The notes under the pieces: model-generated
The model's database searches: none
What the model was told of the DNA's origin: nothing
The model's input: only the letters and a program-made list of their open reading frames with translations
From: Tetramitus jugosus
Lineage: Eukaryota; Protista; Heterolobosea
Assembly (NCBI GenBank): GCA_937625935.1
Contig: OW569369.1
Span: 124,001 to 188,000 of the forward strand
Direction of reading: 5' to 3'
DNA length: 64,000 nucleotides
Position numbers and translations under genes: made by a program
Part shown: positions 22,891 through 32,627 of the stretch, one piece after another
Layout of the letters: every line of letters starts with the position of its first letter
Position numbering within the stretch: the first letter of the stretch is position 1

Positions 22891-25800
22891 ATGAACGTTG
22901 AGTCCTTTTTGAGTGACATTGATTTTTCTGACCCCTCAAAGATTGAAGTCGTTCTGAGTGGCTTCGTTCCAGTGACAAAGGTATGTCGAATATACACAAA
23001 GCTTTCTTGGTTTATTTGCTCACACTAACTGTTCTGTGTGGCACAGAAATTATTGATGGACAAGTTGATTCATTTGGGGTTTCGTGTCGATGAAAACTGG
23101 ACCACAACAAGCAATATCCTGGTGACAGACAGAGTATTTGGCTCTGAAAAATACACAAATGCAGCAGCTGGGCTGTATCCAATTGTTCAGAGTGATTGGA
23201 TCAAGCAATCATTTATACAAGATACGCCACTTCCTCTGAAACCCTTCTTGTTGCCTCCGTTGAAAGGTTTGGCCATTTGTGTATCTCAATTGACAAGAGG
23301 TATGGAACTTATTTGTTCAATATGCACTCTGTTTTATCTTATTGTTTGTAACTCATAAATTCATCCCTCTTTAACTCACTCCACTGTCTCGTGCTTGTTA
23401 TTGTGTTCTTTAGACGAGAGAGAGCAGATTAAAGAAGTAGCAGAGAGAAATGGAGCAACCTATAATCCTTCTCTTCATGACCGGATTACACACTTGGTGC
23501 TTGAGGAACCTACAGGTCCCAAATTTGAGTATGCGAAAAAGTTGCGCAAGTATCAAAAGACGAGAGGCAAGGATTCACTTATTGCAGTCGTAACCAAAGA
23601 GTGGTTTGAAGATTCTGTTCGTCTTGGATATGCTCAGAGTCCACATTCATATCTCTTTCCAGAGATTGACATGGATTTGTCAAATGACGTCTCATTGGAC
23701 ACGAAGCATGGTCATATTCTAGAAACACAAACAATGATACCTAGTCAAACAACAATAACAACAAAACTACAACCGCCATCTCAGCGAGAAGAACTTCAGA
23801 TTGAATCAATTATTGATGAGGCATCATTCCTCGATTCGTGTCACATTTTCTTATTTGGATTCTCATCGAGTAAGCTAAGGGAGGCACATGAATTCGTTGC
23901 TGAGTCAGGGGCTCACTTGGTACCACTTTTACAATCTCATGATCTGACTCATGTTGTGTTGCAGAACAGCTCAAAATCGTATGTGATTCACTTGTGTAAT
24001 TTGATACAAGCAATGATTTTTTTACTAACACGCCAACGCTTGCTTAGAATCGCTACAAGTAGCCTTTCTGTGCACCAAGGAGTCCATATTGTGACATATG
24101 AATGGCTCATTAACTCTTGTAAACTCAAATCAAGAGAACCCGAACATAAATATTCCGTTAGCTCTGCCAATCGATACCTGCCCGCAACTATGCGCGTTAA
24201 ACACGAAACAATAGAGGAGCGTGAAATAGAAGTTCCAACAGTTAACTTCTCCTCTCTTTCTAGATCTAATGGCACAACACCAAATGTCAAATTAGAGAAA
24301 AGAATTGAGTCCGAACCATCACTTATGACAAGTGAGACTCTATTTTGTGGCTTAAAGTTCTTTATTGATCCTTCTTTGGAGGGGTCCTCAAACATCAATC
24401 TAATTGTAAATAATGGAGGTATTATTATGGATGAACCCTCGCAGGTTGACTATTACCTCGCTGATTGGATAAGACATGAAGAGGTGAATCATAACATCAG
24501 AGCAAAATATGTAAATACAATTTGGCTCAAGGTTTGCTTGAAGGAAGCAACTGTGAAGAGCGTGGATGATGAATCCCTGTACAAGACAATATTTAGGAAG
24601 GATGTAGACTGTCGTGGATGGATACGCATGAAAGATGGAAGCAAACCGAGATTTACCACCATTAATACTAAAATTTGCGAACGATACAACTTTGGAAAGC
24701 ATATTATTGAGGCTTTAGGAGGCGAGTTTGAAGCTGAAGGGAAAAAATCTCTCGATTACTTGGTTTGTGGAACGGATGCTGACTCTAAGAAGTATCAATT
24801 CTGTCAAAAGATTGGAACAATTGTTCCATTGAATCGTCAGTTCTTGATTGATAGTGCGTTGAGTGGTCACTTTGTCGATCCTGCTCTCTATCCTTTCCGA
24901 TTGAAATCCAACAAACCTGTCTCTATTCCGCAAACAAGTCCCTCCACCTCTACAACCATCAATATCGATACAAAAGATGCTATCGACCTGCTTGATCGGA
25001 ATAATGGAGCCTCGAGGGATGCAGCTCTAGATGAAGCATCTAATGAATCATATGACTCCTACCGAGCTTGTCCTCCATTAGTGAATGGGAAACCATCTCC
25101 AGGAAAATCGAGAAAATTAATCATAAATAAGCCTGATCCAATTGTGGAGGAAGATGAGATGGAAGATGAAGATTACTATGAGGATAGCTTAGAGTCATCA
25201 AAGAGTAGCGATTCTAATTCGTTTGGAAGTGCGATAAAGAACTACTTTAAGCCATCTGAGGCACCACAGTTCACTCAGCTGAAGACTCAGTTCTATCCTT
25301 CTCAGGAGGAGCAAGATGAGACGAATAGTATTACTAGAACCAGTATTGAAAAAGGAATGGTCAATAGCAACTCTGTGTTATCATCAAAACAAAAACATAG
25401 ATTGGAGATTTCCTATGGTGCTATGAGTGAATCAGATCGAGCTTACAACTCCTTGCTCGAGAAGAAATTACAAAAGGTCGAAACTCCATCAGTTTTGGGC
25501 ACAGCCCTTTCAACGCTTGTTGAATCGCAGGTCATTAAGTACGATATGAGTCATGATGCAAATACTTCACCTCTGCTTCAGAAGAAAGTATTCTTGGTAT
25601 CAGGACAACAATCAAACAAACAACTCTTGAATGATCAGATTGCCCAACTCAACGGCGAAGTAGTTTCGCATTTCGACTCCACTTGCACACATTTAGTGAT
25701 ATCCGAACTATCGAAGACTGAAAAGTTTCTATCAGCCGTTGCGGCACAACTCCTTATCGTTCATCCTACTTACGTTGAGCGTAGTGTAGCTGCGAATAGA

Positions 25801-26301
25801 TGGCTTCCTGAAGATGACTATTTATTTATGCCTCCTTCTGGAGTTCCAAACTTTGGCAAGCCATCAGAGCTGTACAATATGATTCAACGACAGTGTTTAT
25901 CTGGAAAACCAAAGGCATTTTCGAATTGGATCGTTCATCTTGAACTCGCGAGTAATACAAGGGAATCATTTGAGAGAATTTTCCTAGCCGGTGGTGCCAC
26001 AGTGTTGAACGCACTTCCAGAGTCTCAACGAAGCCAAAAGCCAACCCATGTGATCTACAATGGCAAGAATATGAATGAAGAAGAAAAGCGACGACTATGG
26101 AAAACTTATCATGACAAAGAAGATTTGACCATAATTGTCACCTTTGATTACGTGGCTAAGTACCTTGTAGATGATCAGTATCCATATGAAACCTACCAGC
26201 TCCAGTTAGCAGAACCTGACTCTGGTTCCAAAAAGCGCAAAATGTCAGGAAGCGACACGAACTCGGCAGATTCTAAAAGACGTAAAACGAGATCTCGATA
26301 G
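22891..26301 (+). CDS. Multi-BRCT protein, TOPBP1/Dpb11/Cut5-like; several introns
   Basis: Repeated BRCT signatures (THLV, W...S, ICVSQL, CTHLVI..LSKTEKFL) across ORFs 22762, 23038 and 23395, joined by GTATG introns starting near 22981 and 23300. Confidence 0.75.
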
Positions 26302-26329
26302 GATTTTGATCTCAGTTTCTTTTGTCAAC

Positions 26330-27688
26330 TTACTTTTTGGCTCTCTTGGAGTAGTTTTTAGCAAAGAAGTCGAATGGTACATCATTAAGAAGTGCTCCAT
26401 TCTTCAATTGGAGCGTAGCACCATTTTCTTCCACTGCCTTCATGATTGCTCGCTTTCCAGCATTCCCTCCCTTCACTATTCTCACTTCATGATCAACATT
26501 AGGAATAACAGTCTCCAAAAACTGTTGATCAAGCAATAAAACATCGTCAAGTTTTATCATCTCAACAGTGGCATTGGTGCCGTCTACCTTCTTCACGATT
26601 CCTTTCTGCTTGTAGTACTTTCCATCGCCTAAAGTGCGATGAATTACCTTGACAACGATATTCTTGTGCAACCATGGCTCAACTGGTGGTGATATTGTTT
26701 GTAGGGGCTCATCTACTGCTGAAGGAGTCGTCTCTTCTTCTCGCCTGCTTGCTTGTGACAATTTCATTTCCCTCATCTCAGTTGCTCTTCTCTTTCTGCG
26801 CTCCTCTTCTTCAATCAACTGCTCCATGTTGGAACGTTTTCGCTTTCTGTTTATGGTATCCTCTTCGTCAACAGCTGAAGAAGAAACATTCAAAGTTTCA
26901 TCTTCATAATTAGACTCCAATGTATCAAACACAGATGGCTCATCATCACCAATCTGTTCTCTATGTGAGCGATCCTCTCTCTTCATGATTGAAAAATTGA
27001 CAGGTTCACTACTCGTCGCTGTTCCATCACTGCTCGCCTCCATATTCTCGTCACTCGATCTCTTTGTTTGATTCTGAGCCTCCAATTTTGCTCTCTTCTT
27101 GCTCTGTTTCTCCAACATTAGCAAATATCGTTGTTCGGCATCTAATCTCTCATCTGCCTTCTCTTCTCTTCTCTCTGTTTCGACTCGAACCTTCTCATCA
27201 TCCCTCTTCATGTACCGAATGTACCAAACACTCTTACCCGACGTTGAAGCATCTTCATCCAAACTGTTCACATCCACCAATGATCCATTCACTTCTTCCT
27301 CCACTTGTGCAATGCCTTCTCTGCCCAACATGCGCACAAACTGACCCAACGTACTCCAAACTGTCGAAGTCATGTGTACATGGTGTCGATCAGCAATATA
27401 TTCATTGTAAACCTTGTTTGCCATGACACGTTGATTGCAGTAACGTGTGCGCAACAAGTCAATAAAGTCCTTTTTGAATTGTTCAGAGAACTTGCTAATG
27501 AATTTGGAAGAATCTTGTCGAAAGAGCGCCATTTGACGCTGGTGAGACTCGCTTTGCATGTGGCATTTGAAACCGTTGGCGTCTCTGCACTGTTTCTCAC
27601 ACATTTGACAGTAAAATTTTAGCTTTTGAAGTCCTTTGGCTTTGATTGATTTGGCAATGGCCTTGTGGCCACCATAGTCGTGTCCCAT
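26330..27688 (-). CDS. KIN17: KIN17 DNA/RNA-binding protein
   Basis: KAKGLQKLKFYCQMCEKQCRDANGFKCH..SESHQRQM and a C-terminal KOW region with LETVIP. Confidence 0.97.
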   Translation of the reverse strand: MGHDYGGHKAIAKSIKAKGLQKLKFYCQMCEKQCRDANGFKCHMQSESHQRQMALFRQDSSKFISKFSEQFKKDFIDLLRTRYCNQRVMANKVYNEYIADRHHVHMTSTVWSTLGQFVRMLGREGIAQVEEEVNGSLVDVNSLDEDASTSGKSVWYIRYMKRDDEKVRVETERREEKADERLDAEQRYLLMLEKQSKKRAKLEAQNQTKRSSDENMEASSDGTATSSEPVNFSIMKREDRSHREQIGDDEPSVFDTLESNYEDETLNVSSSAVDEEDTINRKRKRSNMEQLIEEEERRKRRATEMREMKLSQASRREEETTPSAVDEPLQTISPPVEPWLHKNIVVKVIHRTLGDGKYYKQKGIVKKVDGTNATVEMIKLDDVLLLDQQFLETVIPNVDHEVRIVKGGNAGKRAIMKAVEENGATLQLKNGALLNDVPFDFFAKNYSKRAKK

Positions 27689-27996
27689 GTCGTTGTTATT
27701 GTCTTTCTATTGAGATCTCACTCGTTGTTCAAACTTTTTCTCTCAAATCGGGCAATGATTGTATTTTTCCTTCAAGCAAAGTTCTTTGGGTTGGTTGAAG
27801 ATTTTTCATGAAATTCCGATGAAAACAATTTTCCAAAATCCGGATTTTGGGAAAAACTCGTTACTTTACCATTTGCTCGTGAATATAAAACCAGCTCTTG
27901 GCAGTAAAAATTTTCATCTTTAAAACACAAATAACAAAAACAGTCAACAGACAAAAACTCCTTTCAATTTAATCAACAACAACAAATAAGAACAAA

Positions 27997-28326
27997 ATGG
28001 TCACTGGAGGCGGAAGAGGAAAAGGCGGTGGTAAGGGCGGTAAGGGTCTTGGTAAGGGTGCCAAGAGACACAAGAAGGTCCTTAGAGATAACATTCAAGG
28101 TATCACCAAGCCAGCAATCAGAAGATTGGCAAGAAGAGGTGGTGTCAAGAGAATTTCTGGTTTGATCTATGATGAATCCAGAACAGTCTTGAGAACTTTC
28201 TTGGAGAATGTTGTCAGAGATGCTGTGACTTACACTGAACACGCTAGAAGAAAGACTGTCACTGCTACTGATGTTGTCTACGCTTTGAAGAGACAAGGAA
28301 GAACTTTGTATGGTTTCGGAAACTAA
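27997..28326 (+). CDS. H4: Histone H4
   Basis: [26 protein letters not shown]...TLYGFG. Confidence 0.99.
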   Translation: MVTGGGRGKGGGKGGKGLGKGAKRHKKVLRDNIQGITKPAIRRLARRGGVKRISGLIYDESRTVLRTFLENVVRDAVTYTEHARRKTVTATDVVYALKRQGRTLYGFGN

Positions 28327-28674
28327 ACAATGTGTATTAGAAGAAACAATCCAAACAAGCGGCACCTTTGTAAATAAATTTCAAACGAGAGAGTCAATCA
28401 TTTTTTATACTAAATTGAATCCACCTTTCTTCTGACTTGTTTTCCTGTCTGCCGACTCGCCCAAACGCCTTGGCAGAAGAATTTTGCTTGCGTTTGCTGA
28501 CCAACGGTTGACTCAAAGCTTTCAATCTGCGACAAACAATTAAGCAGAGTCGGAATTTTGACACCTTTGTCGTTACGAACAAAAAAATAGCTGCAACGGC
28601 TGTAAAAGCAAAAATTGGCAGACAAAAACAATTGAAGCTTTGGCCAATAAATACTATTCCTCGAACATTGTTTT

Positions 28675-29830
28675 TTAGAACAAGATACTGATGGATTCTT
28701 CGTTGTGCACACGTCTAATGGCTTCTGCAATCAACTTGTTGGCAGACACTTGGACAATCTTCTTCGATTTCTTCTTCTCTTGTGACATTGGAATGGTATC
28801 TGTGACAAACACTGTGTCTATCACGCTACCGTCAATTCTTTGAACACCAGGTCCATTGAGCAGTGCATGAGTGGCACAGGCATAAATCTTCTTTGCTCCA
28901 TTCTCTCTCAAAATTTGAGCACACATGACCAATGTTCCAGCAGTGTCAATCATGTCGTCCACAATAACACAATCTCTTCCTTCAACATCACCCACAAGTT
29001 CCATTCTGGCCACCTTGTTTGCTTCCTCACGCTTCTTGTTCATGACGGCCATTGTCACGTGATTCTTAAAGAAATCAGAATCGTTCAAATCACTTCTGAA
29101 TGAGTCTGCTCTTTCGGCACCACCAGCATCAGGACTCACAACAACGACATCAGTGAATCCATTGCCACGAGGAGATTCACCATTATTTTGCTCTGAACTA
29201 TTGTTGTTGTTCAAATCGATTTCTTCCTGTCTGTCTTGAACCAACTTTCGTATCAATTCTTGAACGAGTACTGGTTTGGCATACAAGTTATCGACTGGAA
29301 CTTTGAAGAAGCCTTGAATTTGACCACAATGGAGATCAACACTCAACACACGATCTGCTCCTGCACTCTCAATCAATCGAGCAACGAGAGCTGCACTGAT
29401 TGGAACTCTAGGCTTTGTTTTTCTGTCTTGTCTTGCATAGCCATAGTAGGCGAGAACGGCTGTGATTCTCTTGGCAGAGGATCTCTTCATTGCGTCCATA
29501 ATGAGACAAAGTTCCATCAAATTGTCATTGACTGGTGTGCAGGTGGGTTGAATGATGAACACGTCGCAACCACGCACATTCTCCTGGATTTGAACACCAA
29601 TTTCCCCATCGGCAAACTTGGTGACATTCAATTTGGAAAGAGGTCTGCCAAGTGATGAAGCAACTATTGATTTTTGTGATCAAATTGTTGATGATTTCGG
29701 TTCGGTTGTTAGCTCTGGGCGGGACAAGTCGTAAAAGAGATATTTTGGCGCCATGTGAAAAAAACATACTTTTTGCGGCCAATTCAGGATTGGACGTTCC
29801 TCCAAAGATTTTCATAGTATAGCCTGTCAT
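28675..29830 (-). CDS. PRPS: Ribose-phosphate pyrophosphokinase; short first exon plus intron
   Basis: Exon 1 MTGYTMKIFGGTSNPELA; then FADGEI, YYGYARQDRK, DLHCGQIQGFF, VSPDAGG, VDDMIDTAGT. Confidence 0.95.
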
Positions 29831-30048
29831 TTTATCTGATGGTGGTGGTTGTGATTGTTGGGGGTGTTGAGCCAGAAGCTTTTCGGTGGATGCAGTGTTT
29901 TGTTTCTCTGGAATTTTGCTTCTGGTGTTGATATTTCTGAGACGAATTTGCCGCCCTCTCACGAATTTGGACTGGGGAATCTTTCCGACTTGGAAAAATA
30001 CAATGGGAGAAAATCAATCACTAACTACTGTTCATTGAAAAGCTTTAA

Positions 30049-30063
30049 GGTGGCCGTCCACTG
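30049..30063 (+). repeat. Left TIR
   Basis: GGTGGCCGTCCACTG preceded by TTAA at 30045-30048. Confidence 0.9.
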
Positions 30064-30064
30064 A

Positions 30065-30097
30065 AGAAATCGTATAAATAGGAGAAATCGTATAAAT
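30065..30097 (+). repeat. Subterminal direct repeat AGAAATCGTATAAAT x2
   Basis: Identical copies at 30065-30079 and 30083-30097, immediately inside the left TIR. Confidence 0.85.
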
Positions 30098-30391
30098 TTA
30101 CACATCGGACAACAAGTCAAACAACGAGAAACACATCAACTCGCTTTCCTATTATAATGAATACTGCCTCATGGTTCTGTTGGTGTTGGTTGTGTCACAA
30201 ATTGTCACAGGAGACTGCGAAGGTGATGTGCCCGTGCACATTTCATTGTTGATGGATTCAGAAGAGGATATCTCTGTGATGTCCTCTGTTTCGTGAAGAC
30301 CTCGCATCAGTTTCTCAAGATCGTTTGTTTCTTCCTCAGTGTTGTTGCTGCTGTTGTTCTCAACTTCCCTTGGTGTTTGTGTTTTTTAAGG

Positions 30392-30475
30392 GCATATCGT
30401 GAAGCTGCAAAAGAAGGATTTATATCCGTTGCACGTGCAATCTATTCAAACGCTCTATCGGAATTCCCCACTAAA
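30392..30475 (+). pseudogene. Captured fragment resembling PRP6 HAT/TPR repeat
   Basis: VARAIYSNALSEFPTK resembles PRP6 CARAIYAYALQVFPSK (recalled from memory); short match. Confidence 0.5.
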
Positions 30476-30917
30476 GCCATACAACTTGATCATCTGAATC
30501 TTTGCCTCCCTCGTCTTCTCATCAGGTATATTCTTGACCCAACTACATCATTTGTCAACAACATCACATACACAATTATACTCAAAAACAACAAGTATGG
30601 GCAATTGCAGCTATATACATACTCTGGAACGAAAAATCTTGACTTCCTATCAATGTACTTTTGTGTCCGATTCACTAATCGTTCACTCATCAACTGTAAG
30701 CATTCTGATTTTTCAACCCACCACAGTGCATACACATCGGGCACTGTTGCATTCGACGATAACTTGACTTCACAATTGGCAGGCAACCCCGCAACCACCT
30801 TCTTCACACTACAATTAAAAAACATATACAAAACAATAGTTTAACTTTACAAAAACATTCTTACAAATTGTAATACACAAAACAAAAAATACATACGCCT
30901 TTAACAAATCATTCTGT

Positions 30918-31382
30918 TTATTGATTAACAACTCTCCACCCTCCAGGGACCAATTCAAATTGTTCCCATGAACATGCCAAGTAGAATCCCTTCCACTTCA
31001 CATAACCATACCAAGAACCATTTTGATACTTCCAATCCAGAACATCATCAATTTGATAGAACTGTCCATTGGAGGTGTAGTTTTGGTGAATGTGACAGTA
31101 CTGGGTTCCACGTTTCCTTTGCAATTTGCACGGTAAGCCTGACTTGCAAACGGCCAAACAGTATGAGTACAAATTGTCCATATAAGACCTTATTGTTGAT
31201 AGATTATTGACCATCGAAGATCGAAAATCCCGACACGTCAATACCAAATTCAACACATCTTCTACACCAAGGAACGAACCAACTAGATACACAAATAAAT
31301 CAATATGTATATCGGTTATTCTTACTTTTATGTTGGTTATGTCTTCTTTTGGCGCCTTTTCCTTGTTTTCCCATTTGTTCAT
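30918..31382 (-). CDS. F-box / C3H zinc motif / chromodomain protein (transposon cargo)
   Basis: IHIDLFVYLVGSFL..EDVLNLVLTCRDF (F-box-like); C-x9-C-x10-C-x2-H; YQIDDVLD.....GYVKWKGF....SWE (chromodomain). Confidence 0.72.
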   Translation of the reverse strand: MNKWENKEKAPKEDITNIKVRITDIHIDLFVYLVGSFLGVEDVLNLVLTCRDFRSSMVNNLSTIRSYMDNLYSYCLAVCKSGLPCKLQRKRGTQYCHIHQNYTSNGQFYQIDDVLDWKYQNGSWYGYVKWKGFYLACSWEQFELVPGGWRVVNQ

Positions 31383-31383
31383 T

Positions 31384-31655
31384 GATTTTTTTCATCAAAA
31401 AAACTTGCAAAAAACAGAAAACAAACACTCTGAAGGACATCGTGAGAGCGAGTGACCTGATGATGAGTATGAGTTTTCTGAAGTTTGTCAAATTCTGTCC
31501 TATTGATACCATTAGAGATTTTTTCATCAAAAAAAACTTGCAAAAGCACAGAAAACAAACACTCTGAAGGACATCGTGAGAGCGAGTGACCTGATGATGA
31601 GTGTGAGTTTTCTGACGTTTGTCAAATTCTGTCCTACTATTGATACCATTAGAGA
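31384..31655. repeat. Tandem duplication with a ~133-bp unit, two near-identical copies
   Basis: Copies start at 31384 and 31517 (GATTTTTT..CATCAAAAAAACTTGCAAAA...GATACCATTAGAGA). Confidence 0.95.
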
Positions 31656-31664
31656 GGTGTTGAA

Positions 31665-32300
31665 TTGTCCGATAACTTGAGTATTCAGATCTCATTGATG
31701 ACACTTGCTCTTCAAACATATCCTGATAACACTGACGATGTCAACAAGATTATTAATAACATTGCTAGTCAATTGAATAGCACTGCACTTGCTTCAGATG
31801 AAATTGTAGACATGTTGAAGCGATTGTTGTTGGTGCCACTCGAGTCATACAACAATGTGCTAACAGTTTTGAAGTTGGAGAAGTATGGTGATATTATTCA
31901 TTCTCTTGGATATGAACAGAGAAAGTTTATTGCACTGAGCATTGTGAGATGCGCACTTGACAATGGACACAAGATTTCAACATTTGAACAAGTGAACAAA
32001 CCGTTTGATTTGATTCGTCCACTGTTGAAGGATGAGGAAGACCAGACAACATTCTCACCTTCTGACGACTCACCAATAGCTGCAACATTGCTCGAAGATT
32101 TCGAAGAAGAACAGAACTTGATTGCCAGATTGGTTCATTTGTTTGACAATAGCGATTCTGATCAATTGTTTAAAGTTTTGGCCGCAGCCAGAAAGCACTT
32201 TGGTCAGGGTGGTGTCAAGAGAATTCAATACACATTGGTACCACTTGTATTCTCCTACTTGAAACTTGCTCAGAGAATCTACAATGCACACTGCGAATAG
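31665..32300 (+). pseudogene. VPS35: Captured internal fragment of VPS35 (retromer)
   Basis: LL.VPLESYNNVLTVLKL, EDFEEEQNLIARLVH, ARKHFGQGG.KRI.YTL.PLVF; both termini of the ~800-aa protein are missing. Confidence 0.85.
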
Positions 32301-32627
32301 ACACCTCTTGTCGACTCTCCATCTTTTTTGATTGATTTGGTTGTTGTTGTTGATGTTCGTTGTGCGACTTGTGTTTTTCGTTGTTGTTGTCGCGTTCAAG
32401 ATTGGATAGATAGGTGGATATATTATAAAAAAATACAATAAATGTTGTATCAGTTTCCTCTAAGCTGCGGAATTGGTGCAGTTGTAAAAATTTCCGTTGA
32501 GACTGTCTTTACAACGGCAACGGCCATCTACCTCGGTTTAAAAAGCGCTGTCTTTTTCGCTGTTTGATTCATCTCACACAACAAATACAACACAACAAAT
32601 ACACCACACAACAAATACAATAACATT

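Noticed and set aside
31384-31655. Tandem repeat as a CRISPR-like or guide array, or as C/D snoRNAs (TGATGA...CTGA)
   Set aside because: There are only two near-identical units with no variable spacers, and the C- and D-like boxes are too close together
31665-32300. Functional VPS35 gene
   Set aside because: Only an internal quarter of the protein is present, inside the TIRs, and no adjoining exons are seen
32575-32625. ACAACAAATACA x3 upstream of Fanzor
   Set aside because: Resembles the CA-rich 5' leaders of host genes; no evidence of a separate function
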